From assembly GCA_017883585.1 (NCBI GenBank), contig JADGNG010000010.1, positions 1 through 59,226 on the forward strand: a DNA stretch of 59,226 nucleotides, given 5' to 3'. Shown one piece after another: positions 34,955 through 45,494 of this stretch. Position 1 is the first letter of the stretch. Each line of letters begins with the position of its first letter. The notes under the pieces were generated by a model, which was not told the DNA's origin, made no database searches, and saw nothing but the letters and a program-made list of their open reading frames with translations. This DNA comes from Candidatus Bathyarchaeota archaeon (GTDB lineage: Archaea > Thermoproteota > Bathyarchaeia > TCS64). A program made the position numbers and the translations under genes.

Positions 34955-35748
34955 TTCGTGAGGGCTAGGAGTTCGTCGAGGAGCGATCCGTTGGAGGCGG
35001 CGACGAGCTCCATAGTTGTCTCCTTAGTCAGTGTGAAGTCCCCGCCGATGGTGCTGTTGACTGCGTAGACGCCTCCGGCCTCATTCAGAATCGTTAGGGC
35101 GGCGGCCACGTCGGTAGCACGAACCGTGCCGCGTATGTCCACGTGGGCGTCGAAGCCCCCCGATGCTATCAGTGTCAGTTCGGATGCCGAACTGCCGAAC
35201 ATCCTGATGTACCTGCAGGCGTTGAGGAGGGGGGTAACGCGGTCGAGCTTCGGAGTCTTGCTTATGTCCATTGAGACGAGGGCGGACCTCGCCTGCCTAG
35301 GTGACGCGACGCGTATCGGACAGCCGTTTAGTTTTGCCCCCTTGCCAGGTTCAGCGGCGTATACATCTCCTGTGTAGATGTCCCTGACCAATGCGGCGAG
35401 GGTACCGGATTCGAGTCCGTTCCCCGAGGCTGAGAGGCACGTCACGGCGTGATGGAGGCCCCTCGCTAGGTTCGTTGTGCCGTCGACTGGGTCGGCGATG
35501 ACGGTTGGTCCCCCGCCCCCGATGAGGACGTTTCCCTCCTCGCTGATGAGCTGGGCGGAGACACCTTGATCACTTAGCGCGTCTACTAGAGCATTCTGGG
35601 CTGCCTCATCAAGTATGTGCTTATAGTCCCGGGTTTCAAGCTCCGCGCCCCTCGGCTGAACCTCTGCGACTGCGAAACAGATGGCTTCGGAGGCTTCGCG
35701 GAGGATTTTAAGCCAGCTTGATGAATCCACGCCCTTTATCTCCCCCAT
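34945..35748 (-). CDS. Inositol monophosphatase / fructose-1,6-bisphosphatase family phosphatase
   Basis: SEEG, DPVDGTTN and GSSASELTLIASGGFDA motifs of the IMPase superfamily. Overlaps sfsA by 10 nt. Confidence 0.86.
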   Translation of the reverse strand: MGEIKGVDSSSWLKILREASEAICFAVAEVQPRGAELETRDYKHILDEAAQNALVDALSDQGVSAQLISEEGNVLIGGGGPTVIADPVDGTTNLARGLHHAVTCLSASGNGLESGTLAALVRDIYTGDVYAAEPGKGAKLNGCPIRVASPRQARSALVSMDISKTPKLDRVTPLLNACRYIRMFGSSASELTLIASGGFDAHVDIRGTVRATDVAAALTILNEAGGVYAVNSTIGGDFTLTKETTMELVAASNGSLLDELLALTKCP

Positions 35749-35855
35749 TAGCTAGCCGAGGCCCCTCTTAGGGTCTTCCCCGAGGTCTATGTCTTTTTGT
35801 GACGTGTATCACTCTATATGGTACCACTAAAATAACCTGCTAGGAGTCGATCGAG

Positions 35856-36440
35856 TTGGCATCTGATCAGAGTGTCCTCCCAGTGGAGTTCTACGAGAGG
35901 AGCCCGGAGGACGTGGCGCGGGACCTCCTCGGGAAGAATCTGATCAGGGTCCTCGACGGCGAGAGGCTCGGCGGCGCGGTCGTCGAGACGGAAGCATATC
36001 ACGGGCTCGCGGACCCGGCTAGCCGCGCTTTCCATGGGAGGAAGAACTACAACTCCCCGATGTGGGACCCGCCGGGGCGCCTCTTCATCTACAACGTCCA
36101 CAAGTATTGGATGCTCAACGTAGTGGCGCACCGGGTGGATGAGGTGGGGGGCGTTCTCTTCAGGGCCATCGAGCCGACCTATGGCTTGAAGACGATGAGG
36201 AAGCTCCGCTCCGTGGGGGACGACAGGGAGATGGCGAACGGGCCGGGGAAGCTGACACTAGCCCTAGGGGTGACGCATGAGCTGAACGGCTTCCCAGTCA
36301 CGGACCCGGACTGCCCAGTCCACATCCTCGACGCCCCCTGCGTTGCTGACTGCTGCACGAGCCATAGGATTGGGGTGACTAGGGACCTCCCCGAGGATCT
36401 CAGGTTCTACATCCCGGGAAACAGGTTCGTCTCCAAGTAA
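35856..36440 (+). CDS. DNA-3-methyladenine (alkylpurine) glycosylase, MPG/AAG family
   Basis: FYERSPEDVARDLLGKNLIR, VETEAYHG, NGPGKLTLALGV blocks typical of the AAG/MPG family. TTG start. Confidence 0.85.
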   Translation: MASDQSVLPVEFYERSPEDVARDLLGKNLIRVLDGERLGGAVVETEAYHGLADPASRAFHGRKNYNSPMWDPPGRLFIYNVHKYWMLNVVAHRVDEVGGVLFRAIEPTYGLKTMRKLRSVGDDREMANGPGKLTLALGVTHELNGFPVTDPDCPVHILDAPCVADCCTSHRIGVTRDLPEDLRFYIPGNRFVSK

Positions 36441-36449
36441 CGCGGCCTC

Positions 36450-37337
36450 GTGTCACTCATATATCCCGGGTTGCTGACTCTATCCGTGGCCTTGTTCCGC
36501 TTCATGCTCGCTCCGCTTGAGGGCTACTCGGACGGGGTCCTGAGGACTCTCTGCCACCGTCACGGCGCCGACCTCACCTTCACGGAGATGGCGCACGTCG
36601 AGAGCTTCCTCCGAGGTAACAGGCAGGCGCTGGAGAAGATAACGATCCACGACTCGACGCCGGTTCAGATACAGCTGCTAACAGGTAAGGAGGAGCACCT
36701 CGAGGCATTCCTCGCTGGTTTCGAGCCATTTCCCGGGTTCGAGGGCTTCAACCTCAACCTGAGTTGCCCGAGCCCTGAGGTCATCCGAAGGGGAAAGGGT
36801 GCGGCTATGATCAAGCGGGCCACTAAAACGGGGAGGCTAGTCTCCATCATACACGGCCACGGCTACAGGGCATCTCTAAAGATGCGACTCGGCACGAACG
36901 CCTACGAGAAGTCGCAGAAGGTCTACCTGAACAGCCTCCGCGGTGTCGACGCCGACCTCTACGTCGTCCACGCGAAGACCGCCTCACAGGAGTCGGCTGA
37001 GGGGGACGACTACTCGGTCTTCCCCGAGTGTATCGAGGCGGCCCGCGGCATTCCCGTCATCGCGAACGGTGGGATCGACTCCGCTGAGAAGGTGAGGCTC
37101 CTTCGGGACATGGGCGTCGGTGGCGTAATGATCGGCAGGGCGGCCCTGTCGAACCCCGCTATCTTCGATGTGCTGAGGAACGAACTAGGGTTTAATGTTC
37201 CTGCGAAGGCGATTCAGGGTGTTGATGAGCTAAAGGAGGAGTACGACTCCATCCGTGCCCAGCTTGTTGGCTCGGAGAGGTACTGGGGAGCCTTCATGGG
37301 CATCATAGGGAAGAGGACCGGCACCATATACTACTAG
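36450..37337 (+). CDS. tRNA-dihydrouridine synthase (Dus family)
   Basis: LAPLEGYSD, NLNLSCPSPEV..KGAAM, VVHAKT, ANGGI and GVMIGRAALSNPAIF match the Dus TIM-barrel motifs. The start could be the ATG at 36504. Confidence 0.8.
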   Translation: MSLIYPGLLTLSVALFRFMLAPLEGYSDGVLRTLCHRHGADLTFTEMAHVESFLRGNRQALEKITIHDSTPVQIQLLTGKEEHLEAFLAGFEPFPGFEGFNLNLSCPSPEVIRRGKGAAMIKRATKTGRLVSIIHGHGYRASLKMRLGTNAYEKSQKVYLNSLRGVDADLYVVHAKTASQESAEGDDYSVFPECIEAARGIPVIANGGIDSAEKVRLLRDMGVGGVMIGRAALSNPAIFDVLRNELGFNVPAKAIQGVDELKEEYDSIRAQLVGSERYWGAFMGIIGKRTGTIYY

Positions 37338-37420
37338 GCGCCGGGTGGTAACGTGTATAAACTCCCCTTCCCCGCCGTTGACCTGAGTGATGTAAAACGT
37401 CATACAAGGTAAAGGACTAC

Positions 37421-37825
37421 ATGGACAAGACCTTCATGACCATCGACGCCGGCCGATCGGTGCGCGAGGCCGCGAAGATGATAGCTGAGGGGGAGCACGC
37501 CTACATCATAGTAACCGAGAAGGGGACGCCGAAGGGGATGATCGCGTCCCGGGACATCGTGGCCAAGGTCGTAGCGACGAGCAAGGACCTTGACAAGATG
37601 ATGGTTGCGGACGTAATGTCAACGCCGCTCGTGACAGTCGACCCCGACGAGGATCTCATCAAGGCATCAGAGATGATGGCGAAGCAGAACGTGCGCCGCC
37701 TCGCCGTCGTTAAGAGCGGTATCATATACGGAGTCATAACGACGCGCGACATCGCTCAGCGATGCGGCGACTATGTAGACAAGTCGGTGAAGGACATCCT
37801 ACGATGGTCCTTTCCAATGAGGTAA
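37421..37825 (+). CDS. CBS-domain pair protein
   Basis: Two CBS repeats (YIIVTEKGTPKGMIASRDIV, LAVVKSGIIYGVITTRDI). 134 aa, stand-alone. Confidence 0.85.
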   Translation: MDKTFMTIDAGRSVREAAKMIAEGEHAYIIVTEKGTPKGMIASRDIVAKVVATSKDLDKMMVADVMSTPLVTVDPDEDLIKASEMMAKQNVRRLAVVKSGIIYGVITTRDIAQRCGDYVDKSVKDILRWSFPMR

Positions 37826-37848
37826 GAGTTTCTTAACAAACGGGGGCC

Positions 37849-39012
37849 TCACGGCCTCCAGATCGTTACTACGCCGTTTTGCTCGAGTTCCTCGATCTGC
37901 TTCGGCGTCTTCTTCAACACAGTCTTTAGTATCTCCTCGGTGTGCTGTCCGAGGACTATAGCGCCGGTATTGATCTCGCCGGGTGTCTCGCTGAACTCGG
38001 CGGGGAACTTGGGTATCCGGTAGCTGCCCGCGACGGGGTGTGGGACTTCGACGAAGGTCTTCCGCGCCTTGAGGTGGGGATCGTCGAATCCCTCGTACGC
38101 CTCGTAGATTGGGGCGCTGGGCACGTCGAAGCTGACGAGCCACTCGAACGCCTCCTTCCGGGTCATCGTGGAGAGCTTCTCCTTTACGAAGTCGAGGGTG
38201 ACCTCCTCGACGCCGAGCTTTGTCTTCATCTCCTCGACCGCCTTGGGGCGGCTGCCCGCGATCTGGACCCATCCGTCCTTTACCTTGATGACGCCCCAGA
38301 GTTCACTGGGTGGGCGGACGCGTTTCCTCCGTCTCTCGATTGGGCTCTCCTTGAAGAGGTCATAGGCGACGGTCTCGCAGCAGTTGTAGCTAACCATCGT
38401 GTCGACCTGGTTGACATCGATCATCTGGCCCTTACCGGTCTTGTCGCGGTAGCGGAGGGCGGCAACTATGCTGAAGGCGGCGAAGACGCCTGGGCCGATG
38501 TCGCCTAGGGCGCCAGCCATCTGGACGGGCTCGTGGTCCTCGCTGATGCCCTTGCCGGTTGCGTAGGTGTGGCCGCTCATCGCTTCTGCGACGACTGCAT
38601 AACTGCCGTACTTGCTGTAGGGGCCGTATTGGCCGAAGCCGCTGAGGGCGGCGTAGATGATATTAGGCGTGATTTTCTTGAGCTCCTCGTAGCCGAGGCC
38701 GAGACGTTCCATGGCGCCGGGGGCGAAGTTCTGGATGACCACGTCGGACTCCTTGACGAGCTCCTTGACGATGGCGATGCCCTCGGGGTTCTTCATGTCA
38801 ATGGCGATGCCCTTCTTGCCGCAGTTTACGGCCATGAAGCTGGTACTTGTGCCCTTGTAGAGTTCGCCTGGGCCGAGGCGGCCGATGTTGCCCCACGGGG
38901 GCTCGACGGTGATGACGTCGGCGCCGAGGCCAGCGAGCATCATGGTGCAGTAGGGTCCGAACCAGACGTGTGTGAAGTCTAGGACCTTGATGTCCTCTAG
39001 GATCTTCTTCAT
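37849..39012 (-). CDS. Family III CoA-transferase (CaiB/BaiF family)
   Basis: ILEDIKVLDFTHVWFGPYCTMMLAGLGADVITVEPP N-terminal signature. 387 aa. Confidence 0.88.
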   Translation of the reverse strand: MKKILEDIKVLDFTHVWFGPYCTMMLAGLGADVITVEPPWGNIGRLGPGELYKGTSTSFMAVNCGKKGIAIDMKNPEGIAIVKELVKESDVVIQNFAPGAMERLGLGYEELKKITPNIIYAALSGFGQYGPYSKYGSYAVVAEAMSGHTYATGKGISEDHEPVQMAGALGDIGPGVFAAFSIVAALRYRDKTGKGQMIDVNQVDTMVSYNCCETVAYDLFKESPIERRRKRVRPPSELWGVIKVKDGWVQIAGSRPKAVEEMKTKLGVEEVTLDFVKEKLSTMTRKEAFEWLVSFDVPSAPIYEAYEGFDDPHLKARKTFVEVPHPVAGSYRIPKFPAEFSETPGEINTGAIVLGQHTEEILKTVLKKTPKQIEELEQNGVVTIWRP

Positions 39013-39204
39013 TTGGGAATCGTGTTGATGGGGGCGAGGGTGTTGATATTATTTGTCATCGCGTGCGTATAGAGAGAGGGGGTTGTACCTTCGTCGCCGC
39101 CGCGTTTCCGGTTATTCTGGTTGTTTTAGTTGATTGGGGTCTTTTTTTGGTTCCTTGGCGGCGGCGCGGTGGCGAAGGAAACAAGGTGATAATGCGTTAG
39201 TAGT

Positions 39205-40287
39205 CTAAAATTTGTAGCTCTTGAGGCCGCATTCGTCCCTTAGCTGGGTGAGTTCCTTCTGTAGGCTTTTATTGAGCGGGATACCAATCTTCGTCCGTTC
39301 TAGATTAGTGAGGTACTCCTTCTCCCCTGCGGTGTAGATGCGGTCGTGGCCAGGCATCTTTCGGCTAGCGCGCAGGCTGCGGAGTATATCGCCGGTTGTC
39401 TTCTTGAAGTCGGCGAGGTCGGTGAAGGTGTTGACGTCGATGGCGATGAAGAAGTGACCAAGGTTCGTACCGGTAAGCGCCTTGAGGAATGCGCCGCCCT
39501 GTAGACTGGCGCTGAGTATCTCGACGACAGTGGCGTAGCCATAGCCCTTGTAGCCACCCGTCTCCTCCAATCCGCCGATGGGGAGGAGGGCGGCAGTGCC
39601 CTTGGTGAGGTCGCGGAGTATCTCGTCGGGGTCCGTCATGTACTCGCCATCAGCGCCGATGACTAAACCCTCCGGGACCTTCTTCCCGATCCGGGCGTAG
39701 ACCTCGACCTTGCCGCGTTGGATTATGCTCGTGGCGCAGTCGAGCATGAACGGAAAGAGTTCATCGGTTGGCATACCGAAGGTTAGGGGGTTAGTGCCGA
39801 GCATATTCTCGGTGCCGTTCGTCGGAGGGATGGAAGGGCGGGCGTTCGTCCCGACGACCCCGATGAGACCCTCGTCCAACGCCATCTGGGCGTAGTAACC
39901 CGCGATGCCGAAGTGGGTACTGTTGCGTGCGGCGACCATGCCCATGCCGAGCTTTTTCGCCTTCGTGATTGCCATCTCCATCGCCTTCTTCCCGACGACC
40001 ATGCCCATGCCGTTGTGGCCGTCGACGACTGCTGTCGTGGGACCGTCGCGAATGACATCGAAGTTTGTGACGGGGTGTTGTTGCTTGGCGATGATTCGGT
40101 CGTAGTAAATGGGCTTGAGCCTGCTGACGCCATGGCTGTCGATGCCCTGCCTATCAGCGGCGATGAGCACGTCGGCGCATGTCTCCGCGTCATCGTCGGG
40201 GACGCCGACCTTCTTGAAGACGTCAATCATGAAGCTGCGGAGCGTCTCGACCTTGACCCGGACTGCTTCCTCTGGCATGGATTCCAC
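39205..40287 (-). CDS. Ldh_2-family (malate/L-lactate/sulfolactate-type) NAD(P)H-dependent 2-oxoacid dehydrogenase
   Basis: GIDSHGVSRL, ARNSTHFG and GGYKGYG blocks of the type-2 malate/L-lactate dehydrogenase family. 360 aa. Confidence 0.85.
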   Translation of the reverse strand: MESMPEEAVRVKVETLRSFMIDVFKKVGVPDDDAETCADVLIAADRQGIDSHGVSRLKPIYYDRIIAKQQHPVTNFDVIRDGPTTAVVDGHNGMGMVVGKKAMEMAITKAKKLGMGMVAARNSTHFGIAGYYAQMALDEGLIGVVGTNARPSIPPTNGTENMLGTNPLTFGMPTDELFPFMLDCATSIIQRGKVEVYARIGKKVPEGLVIGADGEYMTDPDEILRDLTKGTAALLPIGGLEETGGYKGYGYATVVEILSASLQGGAFLKALTGTNLGHFFIAIDVNTFTDLADFKKTTGDILRSLRASRKMPGHDRIYTAGEKEYLTNLERTKIGIPLNKSLQKELTQLRDECGLKSYKF

Positions 40288-40343
40288 TTACCAGCCTAGT
40301 GTGTCCACGGTTCTGGAATATAACTTGATTCCGGGGGAAGGGA

Positions 40344-41840
40344 TCAGTTCCCGGTCTTAGCCCAACCGAGTGACCGGGTGACGGCCTCCCGCCACCTCGC
40401 GTAGAGCGTGTCGCTGTCGGCCTTCCTCATCGCGGGTTCGTAGACCCTCTCCGCCTGCCATATCTTAACCAGTTCTCCCCTGTTCGACCAATAGTCAACG
40501 GCGAGCCCAGCGGAGAAGGCGGCGCCTAAGGCCGTGGTCTCAGTGTTCGCGGGGCGGACGACGCGCTTCCCGAGGACGTCGGCCTGGAACTGCATGAGGA
40601 AGTCGTTCCTCGTTGCGCCTCCGTCGACGCGTAACTCGCTGAGCTTCATTCCTCCCTCCTCCATGGCCTCGGAGACGTCCCGTGTGAGGTAAGCGATGGC
40701 CTCGAGGGTGGCGCGGGCTATGTGTGCTCTGCCCGTGCCACGGGTGAGGCCGAGGATTGTGCCGCGGCTGTACTGATCCCAGTGGGGTGCGCCGAGGCCG
40801 GTTAAGGCGGGGACGAAGTAGACACCGTCGTTCCCCCCAAGGCCAGTGGCTAGGGTCTCAGCGTCCCGTGGGTTCCTGACTATACCCGCGGTCTTCAGCC
40901 ACTCGACGGCGGCTCCCGTGACGAAGACGCTCCCCTCGAGGGCATAGGTCGTCTCTCCACCGATGCCCCATGCCACAGTTGTAAGGAGCCGATCCGACCT
41001 TGCCGGTTTTGCCCCCGTGTTCATGAGCATGAAGTTCCCCGTGCCGTAGGTGCACTTTGCGGCTCCCGCCTCGAAGGCCGCTTGGCCGAAGAGGGCAGCC
41101 TGCTGATCACCGAGGACCCCCGCGATGGGGATGCTTGTGCCGAGCAGCCTAGTGTCGGTGTACCCAATGATGCCGCTGGAGGGGCAGGGCTCTGGGAGCA
41201 TAGCCTCAGGGACGCCGAGGAGCCCAAGAAGCTCCGCGTCCCATCTGAGCTTCCTGATGTCAAACAGCATCGTGCGGCTGGCGTTCGAGTAGTCGATGGC
41301 GTGGACCCTTCCCCCCGTGAGCTTCCAAATGAGCCACGAGTCGACGGTGCCGAAAAGTACGTCGCCCTTCTCGGCTCTCGGCCTGAGCCCGGGGGCGTTG
41401 TCGAGTATCCACCTAATCTTTGGGCCGCTGAAATAGGAATCCGGGACTAGGCCGGTCCGCTCCTTGATCAGAGCCGCCTGTGGCTTGAGGGCATCGGCGA
41501 TCTCGGCGGTGCGCCTGCACTGCCAGACGATGGCGTTGTGGACGGGCTCGCCCGTCTCCCTGTCCCAGAGGATGGTGGTCTCGCGCTGGTTGGTGATACC
41601 GATGCCCACTATTTCGGAGGGGGTAATCTTCGCCCCTTTGATTGCTTTCCTCGCCGCCCTGAGCTGGGTGCCCCAGATGTCCCGTGGGTCCTGCTCTACC
41701 CACCCGGGGAAGGGGTAAAACTGCTTGATCTTGAACTGGCCCTGGGAGATGACCTCCGCTTCACGGTTTAGGAGCAGGGCTCGAGCGCTCGTCGTTCCCT
41801 CGTCGAGGGCGAGTATGTATCCCCCACAGGTCTTGGACAT
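40344..41840 (-). CDS. glpK: Glycerol kinase
   Basis: FGGY kinase with [32 protein letters not shown] and VDGGAT motifs. 498 aa. Confidence 0.94.
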   Translation of the reverse strand: MSKTCGGYILALDEGTTSARALLLNREAEVISQGQFKIKQFYPFPGWVEQDPRDIWGTQLRAARKAIKGAKITPSEIVGIGITNQRETTILWDRETGEPVHNAIVWQCRRTAEIADALKPQAALIKERTGLVPDSYFSGPKIRWILDNAPGLRPRAEKGDVLFGTVDSWLIWKLTGGRVHAIDYSNASRTMLFDIRKLRWDAELLGLLGVPEAMLPEPCPSSGIIGYTDTRLLGTSIPIAGVLGDQQAALFGQAAFEAGAAKCTYGTGNFMLMNTGAKPARSDRLLTTVAWGIGGETTYALEGSVFVTGAAVEWLKTAGIVRNPRDAETLATGLGGNDGVYFVPALTGLGAPHWDQYSRGTILGLTRGTGRAHIARATLEAIAYLTRDVSEAMEEGGMKLSELRVDGGATRNDFLMQFQADVLGKRVVRPANTETTALGAAFSAGLAVDYWSNRGELVKIWQAERVYEPAMRKADSDTLYARWREAVTRSLGWAKTGN

Positions 41841-41880
41841 GGGGGAGGATACGCCCCACGGGCGTAAAATATGTTGGGGG

Positions 41881-43176
41881 CTATGTGACGGTGGATCGCT
41901 CGTCCTTGAACTTCATGTACTCCTTATTGTCGATGACCGCCTTGAGGTGCTGGGTGACCTTCCAGACGTCGTGGTAGCTGACGTAGAGGGGTATGGGTGC
42001 GAGGCGCATAATATTTGGCGGGCGGAAGTCGGGGATGACTCCCCTCGCGATTAGAGCTTGGTTGATCCTCCACCCCTCCTTGTGGAGGACACCGACGTGG
42101 CCGCCACGGCGTTCCGGTTCGCGTGGGGTCACTATCGAGTAGTTGTAGGGTGCCTTACCCAGCATCTCGTCGATGAGGTACATGAGGTAGCCCGTGATCT
42201 TGAGGCTCTTCTCCCTGATGCGCTCGATTCCAGCCTCCCCCATGATACGAAGGGAGCCCTCCAGCGGCGCGGCGCTAAACATGTTTATTGTGCCGATCTG
42301 CCACGCCGCCGCGTTCTTTGCCGGGTCGTACTTCGTCTCCATGTTGAACATGGTGGAGCGGCTGTTCCCCCACCACCCAGCGAGGCCGGGGCGGATGCCG
42401 AAGAGTCTCTTATTCACGTAGAGGCTCGCCGTCCCGCCAGGACCAGCGTTCATGTACTTGTAGTTGCACCAGAAGGCGAAGTCGACGTCCCACCTGTCGA
42501 AGAAGTGGGGGACGACGCCGACGCTGTGGCTGCAGTCGAAGCCTATCCATATCTTCTTGCGGTGCGCCGCCTTGGTGAGACGCGCCATGTCGGTGAGCTG
42601 ACCCGACTTGTAGTAGACACTCGGGAGGAGGGCGAGAGCCACCTCTCCCGTCATCTGCTCGATGATGTCGTCCTCCTCGATGAGTCCGTTTCTGCTCTTT
42701 ACGAGTATGAGGTCCTCCTCGGGGTCCCCTCCCATGAGGATTATATCAGCGTATAGAGCGTAGAGGTCGCTCGGAAAGTTTAGCTCGTCGGCTATTATCT
42801 TGCGGCGCCTACCCTTGGGCTCGTAGAAGGTGGCGACGAGGTTGTGGAGGTTGACGGTCGTGCTGTTGGTGACGATGACCTCCCCCGGCTCCGCGCCGAC
42901 GAGGGTTGCCTCCAGGTCGCCTAGTGTCTCCCCAAAGTCGATCCAGGGTATCTTCCCCCTCCCCCAGCCGGATATGCCGAGAGTCTTCCACTCGTTGGCG
43001 ACCCTCATCAGCGTCTCCTCCGCGTCCCGGCTCATTAGGCCGAGGCTATTACCGTCCATGTATATGCTGTTCGGGATGTTGTAGAAGCGGGTCCTGAAGA
43101 CGGCGAGGGGGTCCTCCGCGTCCATGCGCAGGGCGAAGTCCTCGCCTAGTTCGTACCTGAACGCCTTCTTGCTCAT
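41881..43176 (-). CDS. kynU: Kynureninase (PLP-dependent hydrolase)
   Basis: [21 protein letters not shown] (PLP-Lys context), GWWGN, and [17 protein letters not shown]. These are colinear with bacterial kynureninase (YLDGNSLG, CTYKYLNGGPG, GWFGH, REPRIMRFGFTPLY). Confidence 0.85.
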   Translation of the reverse strand: MSKKAFRYELGEDFALRMDAEDPLAVFRTRFYNIPNSIYMDGNSLGLMSRDAEETLMRVANEWKTLGISGWGRGKIPWIDFGETLGDLEATLVGAEPGEVIVTNSTTVNLHNLVATFYEPKGRRRKIIADELNFPSDLYALYADIILMGGDPEEDLILVKSRNGLIEEDDIIEQMTGEVALALLPSVYYKSGQLTDMARLTKAAHRKKIWIGFDCSHSVGVVPHFFDRWDVDFAFWCNYKYMNAGPGGTASLYVNKRLFGIRPGLAGWWGNSRSTMFNMETKYDPAKNAAAWQIGTINMFSAAPLEGSLRIMGEAGIERIREKSLKITGYLMYLIDEMLGKAPYNYSIVTPREPERRGGHVGVLHKEGWRINQALIARGVIPDFRPPNIMRLAPIPLYVSYHDVWKVTQHLKAVIDNKEYMKFKDERSTVT

Positions 43177-43253
43177 GGGTGGATGTCCGCGATGGCGGCT
43201 TTAAGACCAGCGCCTCGCAGCCCTTTTCTTCCAGTCCCACTACATTTCCGGGG

Positions 43254-43802
43254 ATGGATACACCGACCCTCAACACGCCGCGCCTCAAACTCCGCCCCGC
43301 GACCCCTGAGGACATACCGTTCATCCTCAAGCTATTCGCGAGAAGCGAGACAAACCTCTACAGCGGCTATGACGACATCAAGACGCTCGCCGACGCGGAG
43401 CAGATGTACAAGACGTACCTTAAACCCGGGTTCCCTAACCACTTCAGGGTCGTCATCGAGCTCAAGGAGACAGACGAGCCCGTCGGAACTATCGGCCTAT
43501 ACTACTACACGAAGGAGAACCGCCGCGCCGAGATGGGGTACGACATGCTCAAGGAACACTGGGGCATGGGGCTGATGACAGAGGCAGTCGAGGAGATACT
43601 CCGCTACGGCTTCGAGGAGCTGGACCTGAACCGGATCGAGGCCACCACCGACTCGGAGAACGCGGCGTCGAATAGGGTTTTGGAGAGGGCTGGTTTCACC
43701 CTAGAGGGGCGCCTCAGGGAGAGGGACATCTATAAGGATAATATACACGACGAGCTATTCTTCGGGCTCCTCGCAAGGGAGTGGAAGAAGAGGGTCAGTT
43801 GA
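43254..43802 (+). CDS. GNAT N-acetyltransferase (RimJ/RimL-like)
   Basis: LNTPRLKLRPATPEDIPFI N-terminus and acetyl-CoA region RIEATTDSENAASNRVLERAGF. Met26 is chosen because the 43179 start would abut the kynU start. Confidence 0.8.
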   Translation: MDTPTLNTPRLKLRPATPEDIPFILKLFARSETNLYSGYDDIKTLADAEQMYKTYLKPGFPNHFRVVIELKETDEPVGTIGLYYYTKENRRAEMGYDMLKEHWGMGLMTEAVEEILRYGFEELDLNRIEATTDSENAASNRVLERAGFTLEGRLRERDIYKDNIHDELFFGLLAREWKKRVS

Positions 43803-45015
43803 AGAGGTAGATTGTTACCTCGGAGCCGGCTTCGAGGAGCTTCGTCCCTATCGGGATTATGATGTAGCCGTTGGCGTAGGCCATACTGGTTATGTCGCCG
43901 CTCTGCTTGAAGACAGGCACCGCTTCACCCCCCTCGACGCGGACGGAGTAGAACTGCTCCCTCTCACCCTCCGCCTTGATGGCTCTGCTCAACCTCGCCG
44001 TCACCGTCCTCGTCTCAGCCGGTGGCAACCCCGCCACACTCCTCAGCGCAGGCACGAGGAAGACGTAGGCGTTGTTGAGGCAGCTCGTCGAGTAGCCGGG
44101 CATCCCGAAGACGGGCGTCCCCCCTACCTCCCCGAAAAGCGTCGGCTTCCCCGGCTTAACTTTAAGGCCGTGGAAGTGAACTCTGCCAATATCCTCTATG
44201 ACGCTCGCGAATAGATCCCTGACGCCTACGCTGCTGCCGCCGCTGAAGACGGCGACGTCGTAGGTGGAGGCGTCCTTTACCGCGGCTGCGATAGCCTCGG
44301 GGTCATCCTTGACTAGCCCCCTCCTCACAGGGACGCAGCCATTCGCCGCGACCACCGCGGAGAGCGTGTAGCTGTTTATGTCGTAAACCTGTCCTGGCTT
44401 GAGGGGCTTCCCCGGGGGGATGACCTCGTTGCCTGTGGAGTAGATGGCGACGCGTGGCCTCGCGTACGCCTTGACACTTGAAAAGCCGAGGGCGGCGACG
44501 GCGCCCATCCTGCCGGGGGTTAGGGCCTCCCCCGCCTTGACGACAGCCTCCCCCTTCTTGATGTCCTCCCCCTCAGGGGCGACGTTATCCCCGGTCCTCG
44601 CCTCCCTCTGTATCTCGACCCCATCGCTGGCAAGTCGCGTGTACTCGATCATGACTACCGCGTCCGCGCCCTTTGGCACGGGAGCACCGGTCGCGATCTC
44701 TATGCACTCACCGTCCCTGATAACGCCGTCGAAGACCTCCCCCGCGTGGCGTGCGCCTATGAGCTTCAGCGCGACGGGCTTCGACGCTGCTCCAGCGGTG
44801 TCTCTAGCCTTCACCGCATAGCCGTCCATCGAACTCCTGTTAAAGGGTGGCACGTTGACGCCAGCGACCACGTCCTCGGCGAGTACCCTCCCCGCCGCCT
44901 CCTCGATGGGCACATCCTCGACCCGCGTTATTCGCTTCACGTTCCCGTCTATGAGGCGCACCGCCTCGAGGCGCGTCATCAGCTTCCCGAAGGGCTTCAT
45001 CTGCTCAGCTCCCAC
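43795..45015 (-). CDS. moeA: Molybdopterin molybdenum/tungsten transferase MoeA
   Basis: Four-domain MoeA pattern (SSMDGYAV, GECIEIATGAPVP, STGNEV, VFSGGSSVG, GLKVKPGKP). 406 aa. Confidence 0.9.
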   Translation of the reverse strand: MGAEQMKPFGKLMTRLEAVRLIDGNVKRITRVEDVPIEEAAGRVLAEDVVAGVNVPPFNRSSMDGYAVKARDTAGAASKPVALKLIGARHAGEVFDGVIRDGECIEIATGAPVPKGADAVVMIEYTRLASDGVEIQREARTGDNVAPEGEDIKKGEAVVKAGEALTPGRMGAVAALGFSSVKAYARPRVAIYSTGNEVIPPGKPLKPGQVYDINSYTLSAVVAANGCVPVRRGLVKDDPEAIAAAVKDASTYDVAVFSGGSSVGVRDLFASVIEDIGRVHFHGLKVKPGKPTLFGEVGGTPVFGMPGYSTSCLNNAYVFLVPALRSVAGLPPAETRTVTARLSRAIKAEGEREQFYSVRVEGGEAVPVFKQSGDITSMAYANGYIIIPIGTKLLEAGSEVTIYLFN

Positions 45016-45494
45016 TGCATGTGCCCCACGTTTGGGAGGATGATCTTCGTGAGGGCGACCTTCATCGCATTCCGTGAGCCGGGAAGGCAGAAGACGAGCT
45101 TCCCCCCCGCTACGCCGGCTGTGGCTCGGCTCATTATGGCAGCGCCCCCCACCTCGTCGTAGCTGATCCTGCGGAAGAGCTCCCCGAAGCCGGGCATCTC
45201 CTTCTCCAGCAGCGACGCGACGACGGCGACTGTCCTGTCCTTCGCCCCGATGCCGGTCCCCCCGCTCGTTATTATCACAGCAACCGAGTCGTCGCCTAGG
45301 AGCCTCTCGACCTCGGCTCTGATCCTCTCCCCGTTGTTCGGGACGAGTGTGTGGCTCGCCACCCTGTGGCCGTCCCCCTCAATGAGGCCGACAGCAATCC
45401 TACCCGTCTCGTCCTCCCGCTCCGTGCGAGTGTCGCTTGTTATGATGAGTCCGAATGTGGTCGGCGTCTTCTTGCTCGTCGAGTGCTCGCTCAT
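44997..45494 (-). CDS. moaB: Molybdenum cofactor biosynthesis protein MoaB/MogA-type (MPT adenylyltransferase)
   Basis: FGLIITSDTR, VIITSGGTGIGAKD, FCLPGS motifs. The ATG at 45494 overlaps the moaC stop as ATGA. The 246-aa ORF in the track over-extends into moaC. Confidence 0.88.
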   Translation of the reverse strand: MSEHSTSKKTPTTFGLIITSDTRTEREDETGRIAVGLIEGDGHRVASHTLVPNNGERIRAEVERLLGDDSVAVIITSGGTGIGAKDRTVAVVASLLEKEMPGFGELFRRISYDEVGGAAIMSRATAGVAGGKLVFCLPGSRNAMKVALTKIILPNVGHMQWELSR

